From Ignisphaera sp. (lineage in GTDB: Archaea; Thermoproteota; Thermoprotei_A; Sulfolobales; Ignisphaeraceae), in contig JAWAHS010000001.1 in NCBI GenBank assembly GCA_038889075.1, positions 215,764 to 279,763 on the forward strand: a stretch of 64,000 nt of DNA. The letters run 5' to 3'. Each line of letters starts with the position of its first letter. The stretch's first letter is position 1. Made by a program: the position numbers and the translations under genes. The notes under the pieces were generated by a model. It saw nothing but the letters and a program-made list of their open reading frames with translations, ran no database searches and was not told the origin of the DNA. This document shows, piece by piece, positions 20,051 to 30,118 of this stretch.

Positions 20051-20175
20051 TATCCATCACCACAGTCGCTGGTTTCAGAGTATCTCTTGCTACTGAGGTA
20101 GTACAGAATGGATATAGCTAAAGCTATGAAGTATAAGCCTATAGCTAAAGCTATATCCCATGATACAATAAACAC
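20050..20175 (-). CDS. Small single-TM symporter accessory protein (41 aa, not in ORF track)
   Basis: VFIVSWDIALAIGLYFIALAISILYYLSSKRYSETSDCGDG*; its stop overlaps the symporter ATG (TAATG). Confidence 0.6.
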   Translation of the reverse strand: MFIVSWDIALAIGLYFIALAISILYYLSSKRYSETSDCGDG

Positions 20176-20250
20176 CACCCTACTGCCTGGGCTTTAGCAT
20201 TGGCTAGGGTATAAAAGCTTTATTATGTAGGGGTCATCTTTGTATACTAT

Positions 20251-21939
20251 TTAGATATGGCTTCTGTGGCTTATTCTGAAATAGTACTTAATCAGTTCGT
20301 AAACCATTATGGTTAACAGAGTTGCTCCAGCAACTAAGGTTATGTATGCATACGTTGGTTCAATAATAAGTATTTTCGGCAAAACCTCATAGAATATGTG
20401 GATCTGTAGAACTATAGCTAGGCCCCCTACTAGAAGATCTAGCATTTTTCCAAAAATCTCACCCATTTTTCCAATTGGTATTGCTATGTATTTTAAGAAT
20501 ACGCTAAATATGTTTCTAAAGGTTGTAATTAAGATGAGGAGTATTGCTAGGGATGTGGCTATTGATAGGACTATAGACAGTATTATAGGTAGCTGAAATC
20601 TCTCGATAATGTTTATAGCTAGGGAGTGTATATATGTAAGGAATAGAGATGCTGATGTAAATCTGATTATCGGTGTAAGCGCTGATTTAGCTACATCTAT
20701 CCTTTTCATGTATAGATCTGATAGGTATCGGAAGAGGTTAGCGATTCTTAAAGGTATTAATTTCTCTATACGGTCGACCTTGTTTATGGATCTAGGTATA
20801 ACTATTCCAAAGAGGAGAACCGTTGTGGTTACAGCTACCGTAACTTCGGTGACGAAGATTGTGGATACGATTCCTCTCTGTTTAAGTATATCAATGAAGA
20901 CTATACCCATCTCGCTAAGTGGTGTAAGGAATAGAGCTAGAGACATACTATCGCTAATGCTATTTCCCGTAAGGAGCATTGCTAGGAAAACTCCTACCAT
21001 CCTCGAGAGAAAGGCTATCAATCCAAGAACTACACCTATAAACACAAGATCCAGTCCACGATAGAGATTTAAAATACCTAGATAGAGTTGGGCTCCAAGT
21101 GATGCAAAGTACAGAAGGAGTCCAAGGTTTTTCACACCATTAATCATATCGGATATATCGTCTAGGGATAGAAATATTGAGAAGGAGATGCCGGCTATAA
21201 AGGCTCCAAAGAGCGGTGGTAAGCCAATAGCTGAGGCTACTGATGCGAATAGTATTGCCATTCCAACTGCTACTACAAACTTATTCTCTCTGTTGGCTAT
21301 AAACTTTGTCCTACTCAGAAACTTAAGCAGATACCTCGCTACCGTTAAAAGAAGTGTAGAGAGTCCAACAACTATGAATACATGGACTAGAGCCTTAAAG
21401 AGATCTAGTGTTACTGAAATACCTACCGCAAACACTAGTGTAAACAATATGAATTGTAGTAGATCCTCCATACTCGTTTGGATAAAAGCACTATCCCTTG
21501 CATACTCGGATACTGCAGACCAGCCTCTGACTAAGGCTACGGTGGCTACAGTAGAACTATCAATCAATACAATGAATAGAACGGTCCTCTCTACATAACC
21601 TACACCAGCCATCCAAGCTATAAAGCCGCTGGCCATCCACAGAACTATATACAGTATAAGTTCCGCTGCTACAACTCTATGCATATTCTCAACAATTTTA
21701 CGAAAACCTATCGATACACCAATTGTAAAAGAGAGTAATGTTAACCCAAGCCATCTCAAGGGCTCACCATAGATAAGACCCGTTTCCACATCGATACCAG
21801 CATGAATTAGTATTGCCGATGCCGCTACCCCGCCCAGAATATATCCTACAACATCTGATACACCAAGTTTACGAAATACCCAGGAAAATACAGCACTTGA
21901 TGTAAGCATGCACAGCATTACAGTTGTATCCATGGCCAC
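20251..21939 (-). CDS. Cation:proton antiporter (CPA2/Kef-like)
   Basis: VVGYILGG, DSST, EDL, LFGAFIAG, YFASLG, PLSEMG; more than 12 TM helices. Confidence 0.85.
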   Translation of the reverse strand: MAMDTTVMLCMLTSSAVFSWVFRKLGVSDVVGYILGGVAASAILIHAGIDVETGLIYGEPLRWLGLTLLSFTIGVSIGFRKIVENMHRVVAAELILYIVLWMASGFIAWMAGVGYVERTVLFIVLIDSSTVATVALVRGWSAVSEYARDSAFIQTSMEDLLQFILFTLVFAVGISVTLDLFKALVHVFIVVGLSTLLLTVARYLLKFLSRTKFIANRENKFVVAVGMAILFASVASAIGLPPLFGAFIAGISFSIFLSLDDISDMINGVKNLGLLLYFASLGAQLYLGILNLYRGLDLVFIGVVLGLIAFLSRMVGVFLAMLLTGNSISDSMSLALFLTPLSEMGIVFIDILKQRGIVSTIFVTEVTVAVTTTVLLFGIVIPRSINKVDRIEKLIPLRIANLFRYLSDLYMKRIDVAKSALTPIIRFTSASLFLTYIHSLAINIIERFQLPIILSIVLSIATSLAILLILITTFRNIFSVFLKYIAIPIGKMGEIFGKMLDLLVGGLAIVLQIHIFYEVLPKILIIEPTYAYITLVAGATLLTIMVYELIKYYFRISHRSHI

Positions 21940-22239
21940 TACCTGTAGCTATCAGACTACTCTAAAAAGATAAAAGATTTAGTACGGTCTTCACCTTGCT
22001 TGGGGATCCTCCCAAAGTTAATGGTATTCTCCATCTCTGCATATCTGTATAATAGTATAGATGTTCTTAAATGCAAATCGGTATTAATCCGCATCCTAAG
22101 ATGGTCTAAAAGGGGTTAAGCGGACTTGAGCAATGCATTCTCAAACAATTGTTAGAGTAGCTGATGATGTTTATTAGGATTATATGGATATATTTAAAAT
22201 TTGTGCCAAATTTTAAGTTCATGTCAAGGGATGTTGCAT

Positions 22240-22953
22240 ATGTACGAAGATGTTTTTGAGGCTAGGAGGAGGGCTGTTGAGGAGGCTATGAAGATTTTGC
22301 TAAACTTTAGAAGGGAGGTCGTTGGTGTTGGAACGGGATCAACGGTCGACCTCTTTATAGATTTTATAGCATCCTCGAGTCACCTCTTCATCGGATCCTA
22401 CTTTGTCTGTGCTTCTATGTATACTGCTAGGAGATTGTCGGAGAACGGTTTTAAGGTTCTAAGCTTGGCCGATGTAGATTCTGTGGATATATATATTGAT
22501 GGAGCTGATGAAGTGGATCCCGATCTGAATATGGTTAAAGGTGGTGGAGGAGCGTCTACACTTGAGAAGATAATAGCATCTACTGCAAATATCAGAATAT
22601 ATGTGGTTGATTACATGAAGCTTGTTAAGAATCTTGGTGAAAGACACCCAATACCTGTGGAGGTCCTTCCCCCAGCTCTATCGATAGTCTACCGAAAGCT
22701 GAGGGAGCTAGGTCTGAACCCCTCCATAAGGAGATCTAGGGAAGGTAAATACGGATTTGTTGTAGCAGATACAGGTGGGATAATAATTGATGTACATCTG
22801 AAAACGAAATTCAATCCAAAGGAACTCAACCTACAACTCAAGAGCATACCTGGAGTTATAGAAACAGGTATATTTACAAACGATCTCGTGGATTTCGTCA
22901 TTGTTGGGCATCGGGACACGTTTACAATAATGAAAAACCAGACTAGGCAGTAG
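22240..22953 (+). CDS. rpiA: Ribose-5-phosphate isomerase A
   Basis: GVGTGST, DGADEVD, KGGGG, PIPVEV, IPGVIETG. Confidence 0.95.
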   Translation: MYEDVFEARRRAVEEAMKILLNFRREVVGVGTGSTVDLFIDFIASSSHLFIGSYFVCASMYTARRLSENGFKVLSLADVDSVDIYIDGADEVDPDLNMVKGGGGASTLEKIIASTANIRIYVVDYMKLVKNLGERHPIPVEVLPPALSIVYRKLRELGLNPSIRRSREGKYGFVVADTGGIIIDVHLKTKFNPKELNLQLKSIPGVIETGIFTNDLVDFVIVGHRDTFTIMKNQTRQ

Positions 22954-23186
22954 AAGATAGACCTAATTCAAACGTAGATAGCTGAACATAGAATCATCAC
23001 AATTTTACATGGTTGGTGCCTAGAATACCGTAGTAGATTACCAAGGTCTGAATTCCGTATCTGAGGCGGATATATTAAGCATAGGCTAGAAGTTTTTGTA
23101 GCTTTTACGGATAGGTATTGATGAAGGTGCAAGTGTTAGTAAAGCTTATAAGGTTTTAATTTCCCGTTCCATTTCTTGAGTCTACA

Positions 23187-24485
23187 ATGTATGCGATTTT
23201 AGTGTTGTTATCTCTAGCCCTACTAATAGCTTTCCTTATCTGGGGGAAAGTAGAGAGACATTGGGTGGGTCTAGGTTTAGCTTTGCTGCTCATTGTTTCT
23301 GGAGCTATTTCTCCGTTAGAAGCAGTAGGTTATATTGATTGGGATGTGCTTGGGCTTATACTGGGTGTAAGCATATATACTGTATATCTAGAGAGAAGCG
23401 GATTCGCTTACGTGGTTGCACGCTCTATACTTAAACGTACAGGGCATTCACTATATGTAACCCTATTCACTCTATCTTTTTCAGCAGGACTGGTGAGCAT
23501 TTTTGTCGAGAATGTATCCGTCGTCCTTCTATTCTATCCAATAACATTTGCACTCTCAAATGCTCTTGGAATAGAACCTACAATTCCTATGATTTTTGTA
23601 GCTCTATCCTCAAACATAGCCGGATCTGCTACAATGGTTGGCGATCCCCCAGCAATACTTACCGCTGGAGCCTTTAAGTTGTCGTTTATGGACTTCATAA
23701 TATATGACGGGAAGCCATCTATGTTCTTCTTCACATTGATTTCAATGATTCTAGCCATAACTGTCGCTGGCTATATATCGCTGAAGAACGTCAAAATCAT
23801 CGGAGTAGGCAATGTAGGTGGAACGTCGAACGCATTAGAGGAGGTAGCTGTGGATAGAACCTTCCTCATGGAAGCCATTGCATTCCTAATAGCTAAGATT
23901 TCAATACTCAGCCTAAGGAACGTTCTTGCAGTACCTCTAAGTTTCTCTGCTGCTATTGCCGTTGGAGGATTGACTCTTACCAGGCTTCTACATAGAGATA
24001 CTGATAGCGTTAAGCAGGCATTCAAGCAAGGTTTTGAGTGGAAATTGATCGTCTTTCTAACCTCGATCTTCATACTCTCTGGAGCTTTTGAGAAACACGG
24101 TATAGCTAAAGCGTTTGGTGAATACATTGTCTATAGACTTGGGGGGGATGTATTTAAAATTACATCTGTACTGATATGGCTTTGTGCAACCTTCTCAGCA
24201 GTCATAGACAACGTTCCCATGACACTGACAATGATACCTGTAATCAAGACAGCCTCGAACCTACTCACCTATAATCCAGTCGTACTCATGTGGTCGGTGC
24301 TAATAGGTATTACACTAGGAGGAAACTTAACATACATAGGTGCATCGGCAAATGTGGCAGCAGTAAGGATTCTAGAAAAAAACGATCATAGCGTCACTTT
24401 CGTAAAATTTATGAGGATAAGCCTAATATACAACACAATATCACTTCTAGCGGCATGGCTCCTTTACACACTAATATATGTATAA
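23187..24485 (+). CDS. ArsB/NhaD/SLC13 (IT superfamily) permease
   Basis: IDWDVLGL, ENVS, SNIAGSATMVGDPP, DNVP, LGGNLTYIGASAN. Confidence 0.88.
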   Translation: MYAILVLLSLALLIAFLIWGKVERHWVGLGLALLLIVSGAISPLEAVGYIDWDVLGLILGVSIYTVYLERSGFAYVVARSILKRTGHSLYVTLFTLSFSAGLVSIFVENVSVVLLFYPITFALSNALGIEPTIPMIFVALSSNIAGSATMVGDPPAILTAGAFKLSFMDFIIYDGKPSMFFFTLISMILAITVAGYISLKNVKIIGVGNVGGTSNALEEVAVDRTFLMEAIAFLIAKISILSLRNVLAVPLSFSAAIAVGGLTLTRLLHRDTDSVKQAFKQGFEWKLIVFLTSIFILSGAFEKHGIAKAFGEYIVYRLGGDVFKITSVLIWLCATFSAVIDNVPMTLTMIPVIKTASNLLTYNPVVLMWSVLIGITLGGNLTYIGASANVAAVRILEKNDHSVTFVKFMRISLIYNTISLLAAWLLYTLIYV

Positions 24486-24540
24486 CTACATAAAACGGAG
24501 CCTATTCAAAAACTACTAAATCTTATACATTAGTTTGATC

Positions 24541-24993
24541 TTACATCTGCTTCATTTTTCTAGCTATCTCCTCTCCATATCTGGACGCTTTTTCCATGGC
24601 TTCTCTATCCGGTTCCTCTATGCACCACACACCTTCACCTATAAATATCATCCCGTGCTCCTCCATAGCATCTTTCAAAGACTGTATACACTTGAGTGCA
24701 CCTATTTCAGAGCCTGCTGTACACAATGCTCCTCCAAGCTTTCCATCAAGTCTCCCATATACAGCTATGGATTCATCTATAAACTTCTTTAGCGGCCACG
24801 CAGGTAGTCTGAAATACGAAGGGCTTGCAAAGATAATAGCATCAGCTTTTAAAAGCTCCTCAACATTAGCCTCATCAACACTTCTAACAACTATATTGAT
24901 ATCGCTAATCTTTTTAGCACCATTAACAAACCCCTCGACAAGCCTCTTAGTATTACCACTCCTCGAATAATACACGACAAGGATGGTGGACAT
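24541..24993 (-). CDS. Flavodoxin/WrbA-like FMN-binding protein
   Basis: YYSRSGNT, ADAIIFASPSY, KKFID, GKLGG. Confidence 0.88.
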   Translation of the reverse strand: MSTILVVYYSRSGNTKRLVEGFVNGAKKISDINIVVRSVDEANVEELLKADAIIFASPSYFRLPAWPLKKFIDESIAVYGRLDGKLGGALCTAGSEIGALKCIQSLKDAMEEHGMIFIGEGVWCIEEPDREAMEKASRYGEEIARKMKQM

Positions 24994-25368
24994 AGATTCG
25001 CCACCTATAGATTGTATACATGGGTTGCCGATCTATAAGCCTTATTTAAAGTACTATGATATTATGATGTTATTATGGAGCTCTGTACCGGTATGCAGAC
25101 TCTATAGAATTGAATATCTAATTTAGTGGTTGTCTGTATCCATTAACTGGGCTATTCTATGTGTTTTTCAGCTACCATGAGTGGTATAGATACTCCTTCC
25201 CATATTCCTTTTCGGGTTTTTCATATTTTCAGAACTAGTTGGAGAGTTGCGAAACCCAGCTTCTACACCTCGGATTAGAACGCTTAATACTCTGACGTTA
25301 TGATATGGCTAAAATTACTTGGTAGCAATTAGCACCAAAGTTCAGTCTAGGGATACACCATTGCAATT

Positions 25369-26559
25369 TCATGCTATGAGCTCTATTTCCTTAGCGCTCT
25401 CCACAGCTTTGTCAAGTTCCTGTTCACCTATACCTATCTTCTCCTCAATAACTCGAACCTTATCCAGACTTGCTCTTGTCGTTGTTCTTCTTGCACCTAA
25501 TGGACAGAGCTCTTCAACCTTTATAGAGTATTCGTATGTTCCTATCTTCCTTGCTAATGCTGTTATCTCTTCCTTATCAAGACCTATAAGAGGTCTTAGA
25601 ATGGGCATGCTTATAGCTTCCTCAATTGCATGTATGTTTGCTAAGGTCTGTGAAGCTACTTGACCGAGACTCTCACCAGTAACTAGGGCGTGTGCAGATA
25701 TTCTATACGCAAGCCTCTCAGCAAGCCTACCCATTAACCTTCTCAATACTATAACTATGTATTCTTCCGGCGACTGCTGCAGTATTTTAACTACGAAGGG
25801 CTTTACATCAACCACATACAATCTCGGTTTGTAGCCGTAAGCCCATCTACTAGCTAGAATCCTCGCTACTTCTACTACGCTCTCCACATGCTTTTCACTA
25901 CCAATGTTAAAGAATACCATATAGGCTTCGCACCCCCTCTTCATAGTAAACCATGTTGCAACAGGTGAATCTATACCACCAGAGAAAAGTGCTAGCACCC
26001 TACCTTCTACACCTATGGGAAGTCCTCCAAATCCCTTGATAATCTTATCATAGAGGTAGGCATTCCAACCCCTTATCTCTATATGCGCTTCATACTGGGG
26101 GTTCTCAAGGTCCACTCCAGTAGCACCAGCTTTTAGAAGTAGTGCTCCAATACTTTTTTCAACATCCTTACTAGTAAAGTTGTGTACTCCAACCCTTCTA
26201 GCCCTTACTGCAAACACCTTACCCATAGCACGTTCCTTAAAAAATTGAAGGGATTTTTCTGCTAGCTCATCCAGATTTGAGAAGGATATTCCATAAGCAG
26301 GTGAAGAACTAACAATACCCATAACATAGGAAAGTATATCCGAGATCTTTAAAGCATCCTCTTCCGAATCAAAGCAGCAGATCCATATCCTACCACCAGA
26401 AGTTCTAACCCTAGCATATATACCATGTCTTTGAAGAGCGTCTCGAATATTATAAACGAGTCGCTGTTCCATTCTAGCCCTACTCTTTCTACTCTTTAGC
26501 GAAATTTCACCATATCTGACCAGCACGAGCCACAGTCCGTGAGATCCGTGGACAGACAT
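25369..26559 (-). CDS. thiI: tRNA 4-thiouridine synthase ThiI
   Basis: VRYGEI, THUMP domain, SGGIDSPVA, TGESLGQVASQT, RPLIG. Confidence 0.95.
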   Translation of the reverse strand: MSVHGSHGLWLVLVRYGEISLKSRKSRARMEQRLVYNIRDALQRHGIYARVRTSGGRIWICCFDSEEDALKISDILSYVMGIVSSSPAYGISFSNLDELAEKSLQFFKERAMGKVFAVRARRVGVHNFTSKDVEKSIGALLLKAGATGVDLENPQYEAHIEIRGWNAYLYDKIIKGFGGLPIGVEGRVLALFSGGIDSPVATWFTMKRGCEAYMVFFNIGSEKHVESVVEVARILASRWAYGYKPRLYVVDVKPFVVKILQQSPEEYIVIVLRRLMGRLAERLAYRISAHALVTGESLGQVASQTLANIHAIEEAISMPILRPLIGLDKEEITALARKIGTYEYSIKVEELCPLGARRTTTRASLDKVRVIEEKIGIGEQELDKAVESAKEIELIA

Positions 26560-26828
26560 TGTCTAACCACATACTCGATTATGCAATACGACCTTAAAAA
26601 CTATCTTACAACAGTTATACCGAATTTTTCTCTGCTCTAATGGACGAGGCGTTCAGCTGTAAATACATTTAATTGAATATAGATGATATACCTATATATT
26701 GCCAAAATTGATGTAATTATCTACCTGTATACCAGTAATTCTAGCAATCTTTCTAATAGGTAAGCTGTAACAAGGATAAATATTAGGGTTTAAAAAGCGA
26801 TTGCATGGATATCGATGATGGTGTTTTT

Positions 26829-27596
26829 CTATGTATACTTCCTCCTTACATTTTCTAGCATTTTGGCAAACGATGTATGCAGTATTCTATAGTCGGATGC
26901 AAGTGCTAAGAATCTGAAGCCCATATCTATGTATTTTATGGCCTGCTCAGCATTAAATGTATGTATGCCCGGCGTTATGTCGTACTTCTTTGTCACCCTA
27001 AGTACTGTTTCTACAGCTTCGATAAACTTTGGATGATCATACTGTAGTGGTATTCCAAGATTTACTGAAAGATCCATTGGACCTATGTAGAATATATCAA
27101 TTCCTTTAACATTAGCAATGTCCTCGATATTCTTTAAAGCCTTTTCCGTCTCAATTTGGATCGCTACAACAAGCTCCTCTTCTTCAAATCTCTTATAGTA
27201 TTCTAGAAAGTCCGTGGCACCATACATGACTGCCCTTCTCGGTCCAACACCTCTAATACCTTTTGGTGGATAGGATACGTATCTAACTACATTCTCAGCC
27301 TCTTCTCCACTATTAACCCACGGAATTACAAGACCCTTAGCACCTATATCTAGTACCCGTTTAATTACGACCATATCGTTCCACGGTACTCTTACCATAG
27401 GTACTACATCAGTTCCCCGAGTACCTGCTATGAGTATCTGCAGATTTGATACATCTAATGGTGCATGCTCCATATCGAATACAAACCAGTCAAACGGTAG
27501 GGTAGATAGAGTTTCGACGACATCCAGACAATTGATGGTTATCCATGTGCCAAGCAGAACATCCCCTTTTTTCAGTCTGTTCTTGAATGGTTTCAC
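26829..27596 (-). CDS. HpcH/HpaI (GarL-like) aldolase
   Basis: FDWFVFDMEHAP, IKRVLDIGA, YPPKGIRG, QIET, IGPMDLS. Confidence 0.92.
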   Translation of the reverse strand: MKPFKNRLKKGDVLLGTWITINCLDVVETLSTLPFDWFVFDMEHAPLDVSNLQILIAGTRGTDVVPMVRVPWNDMVVIKRVLDIGAKGLVIPWVNSGEEAENVVRYVSYPPKGIRGVGPRRAVMYGATDFLEYYKRFEEEELVVAIQIETEKALKNIEDIANVKGIDIFYIGPMDLSVNLGIPLQYDHPKFIEAVETVLRVTKKYDITPGIHTFNAEQAIKYIDMGFRFLALASDYRILHTSFAKMLENVRRKYT

Positions 27597-27716
27597 GATA
27601 TACACCTCAAAAACCTAGGTTATATGGGATAAGTATTTAAAGATTTTAGCTGTGCTTAACTGTGATTACTTGACCAAAAATTAGCTATGGATGTACCGCA
27701 AACAAATGGTGCATAG

Positions 27717-28250
27717 GTGGAAATTTTGTACTATGTTAGTATAGCAGCTTACTCAGGACATGTTGGAGAAAATCATAGGGAGGCTGTGACAAGATTGCTA
27801 GACCGTCTAAGATTCCTATGTAACGATATCGCCATAGTTGTAGGAGGTTACGAGGGGCTAATGAAGCACGTTGTTGATGTAGCTCTTTCTATGGGTCTTA
27901 AGGTTATAATAATACCTCCTATTGAATGGGAGGATAGGGAGTTTCCAAAACAGGCTATTGTAGTCAAAACAGGCACCACTTTTACCGTAAGAAGCATTTT
28001 CATAGTTCATACATCCGATGCTTTAATAGCTGTTGGTGGTGGTTCAGGGAGCCTACACGAAATCCTTGCAGCATATAGCGAAGGAAAACCTGTTTATGTA
28101 CTTGTTGGTACTGGACTGCCTACTGATATGCTCGAAAAGCTTCCAGATAGAATAGACTATAGGATCGTAAGCAGTATTAAGAAATACTATGATCCTGAGG
28201 AGCTTGTACGAGATCTTTGTGTAGGATTGCTGAAATCTAAAAAGAACTAG
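27717..28250 (+). CDS. LOG/SLOG-family Rossmann-fold nucleotide-binding protein
   Basis: GGYEGLM, SDALIAVGGGSGSLHE...KPV. Confidence 0.82.
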   Translation: MEILYYVSIAAYSGHVGENHREAVTRLLDRLRFLCNDIAIVVGGYEGLMKHVVDVALSMGLKVIIIPPIEWEDREFPKQAIVVKTGTTFTVRSIFIVHTSDALIAVGGGSGSLHEILAAYSEGKPVYVLVGTGLPTDMLEKLPDRIDYRIVSSIKKYYDPEELVRDLCVGLLKSKKN

Positions 28251-28369
28251 AATTGAAATGCTTAAAAATCTCAAACGGATAATAAACCTATTTCTATGTC
28301 CTAATATGTATTGTTCAATTGCTTTACATAGAGATTGTCGATGTTATTTCAGACGAATGCAGACACCAT

Positions 28370-29413
28370 CTACTGAACTACAGTAGGAGGTGCTATTCCT
28401 AACTCCCTAGCTATCTCTATTAGCGATTTCCACGTCTCTATGTCTATAGGTATACCATCTCTAATTCTAGTCTCATAGTTTCTATCCTCTGGTTCTCCTG
28501 GGATTAATACCTCGCTAAACCCTTGAGCTGGCGGACATGATTTTATAATATTTATCAGATTTCTTACATCCCCTAGGTATTCATCGTATTCTCTAAACAT
28601 TGTTGGATTTATAGCAAGTGTAAAGAATCCACCCTGTGTTGATGGATGTAGAAGTACATGCTTGCTTAGAGTTCCACCAGGTAATACAGCTGAAAGCATT
28701 TCAACAATTAAAGATACCGCATAACCCTTGTAGCCCCCAAAGGGGAGTAGAATTCCCTCATATGCTTCTCTGGGATCTGTTGTAGGCTTTCCATCTCTAG
28801 TTAAAGCTATACCCTCAGGAATCTTCTCACCCTTTAATGCCGCTAATCTAAGCTTGAACGATGCCGTAGAACTGGTAGCCATGTCGATGACAATGGGTTT
28901 TCCGTTGAATGGAAATGCCATGCTGATAGGATTTGTGCCAAATACTCTCTGAGCCCCTCCCCAAGGAGCTACAAATGGTGGTCCATTAGCGGTAGCTAGT
29001 CCTATTAAATTGTTTCTAGCCATTCTTAGTGTATAGTATGCTAGCATACCTACATGTCCTAAATTCTTAACAGCAACAGCAGCAATACCTACAGTTCTAG
29101 CCTTATCAACAGCCATATCCGCGGCCCTTGCTGCAATGGGTATTCCAAGCCCATTATCGCCATCAATTAAAGCTGTAGCTACACCCTCTCTGATAATTTT
29201 AATCTCTACTTTCGCTTTAACATAACCCTTTCTAATACCCTCGATATAGTATGGTATTCTAATAACACCGTGCGAATCGACACCTCTTAAATTAGCTAGA
29301 ATTAAATGATCTGCAATAATCTCAGCATCGTGTACAGGAACACCAACTCTAATAAAACACTCAGCAGTAAATTTGTAGAGATCCTGCCACGATACCTTTA
29401 CGTATTTAGTCAT
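28370..29413 (-). CDS. Type-2 malate/L-lactate/sulfolactate dehydrogenase family (AllD/ComC-like)
   Basis: LRGVDSHG, GHVG, GTNPI, DMATS, GGYKG, IPGEPE. Confidence 0.92.
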   Translation of the reverse strand: MTKYVKVSWQDLYKFTAECFIRVGVPVHDAEIIADHLILANLRGVDSHGVIRIPYYIEGIRKGYVKAKVEIKIIREGVATALIDGDNGLGIPIAARAADMAVDKARTVGIAAVAVKNLGHVGMLAYYTLRMARNNLIGLATANGPPFVAPWGGAQRVFGTNPISMAFPFNGKPIVIDMATSSTASFKLRLAALKGEKIPEGIALTRDGKPTTDPREAYEGILLPFGGYKGYAVSLIVEMLSAVLPGGTLSKHVLLHPSTQGGFFTLAINPTMFREYDEYLGDVRNLINIIKSCPPAQGFSEVLIPGEPEDRNYETRIRDGIPIDIETWKSLIEIARELGIAPPTVVQ

Positions 29414-29494
29414 AGTTTTCACCAATGCTATAGCTTTCTACTCTGGTAGTTTTAATTTCTCCTCACACCATTAAAAATAGTTGGTGGTGGAGCT

Positions 29495-30103
29495 CTGTCC
29501 AGAGGTAGCGGACTCTTTGTAGTTATAGAGGGTATAGATGGATCAGGAAAGACGACTGTTTCAAAAAGGGTTGTTGAGAGGCTTAATGCTATGGGTTATA
29601 GAGCTATCTATACATTTGAACCTTACACATCCCTGTTTACCGAAGCTTTAAAGAAGTATATAGAGATGTATGGAGAAGCTGAGGTAGAGGTGGAGGTACT
29701 TTCAATGGCGTTAGACAGAGTTTTCCATGTAAAAAGAATTATAGAACCTCTCCTAGTCCAGGGCTACATAGTTGTATGCGATCGCTATGTGTACTCCTCT
29801 ATAGCCTATCAAGGGGCAAGGAATGCCGATATAGAATGGATAAATATTGTAAATAGATATGCTATAAAACCTGATATAGCCATATACCTGCGGGTTCCAC
29901 TAGAGATTGCTCTAGAAAGGCTAAAGCATAAGCAGAGTGATTGGAGCTACTTTGAGAAGATAGATAGAATAAAAAAAGCTCTAGAAATCTATGAAAGACT
30001 TGCATTACTTGGAGAACTGATGGCTATCGATGCAACAAGAGATATTGATAGCGTCGTAATGCAGTGCATCAAACTGATTACCAGATATTCTCTAGCTAGG
30101 TAA
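29495..30103 (+). CDS. tmk: Thymidylate kinase (probable CTG start)
   Basis: The P-loop IEGIDGSGKTT lies upstream of the track ATG; CDRYVYSSIAYQG, KPD; SD GGTGGTGG before CTG at 29495. Confidence 0.92.
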   Translation: MSRGSGLFVVIEGIDGSGKTTVSKRVVERLNAMGYRAIYTFEPYTSLFTEALKKYIEMYGEAEVEVEVLSMALDRVFHVKRIIEPLLVQGYIVVCDRYVYSSIAYQGARNADIEWINIVNRYAIKPDIAIYLRVPLEIALERLKHKQSDWSYFEKIDRIKKALEIYERLALLGELMAIDATRDIDSVVMQCIKLITRYSLAR

Positions 30104-30118
30104 GTGTGCCTTGTATTA

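Noticed and set aside
13865-22953. hxlB and rpiA as evidence of formaldehyde-fixing methylotrophy
   Set aside because: The reverse RuMP pathway is the ordinary pentose source in many archaea; not diagnostic
22960-23005. Second C/D sRNA candidate (GTGATGA on the minus strand)
   Set aside because: No correctly spaced D', C' or D boxes follow
28370-29413. ComC (coenzyme M biosynthesis) assignment
   Set aside because: The family also includes malate, lactate and ureidoglycolate dehydrogenases; no comABDE nearby, and the neighbouring HpcH aldolase suggests sugar-acid metabolism
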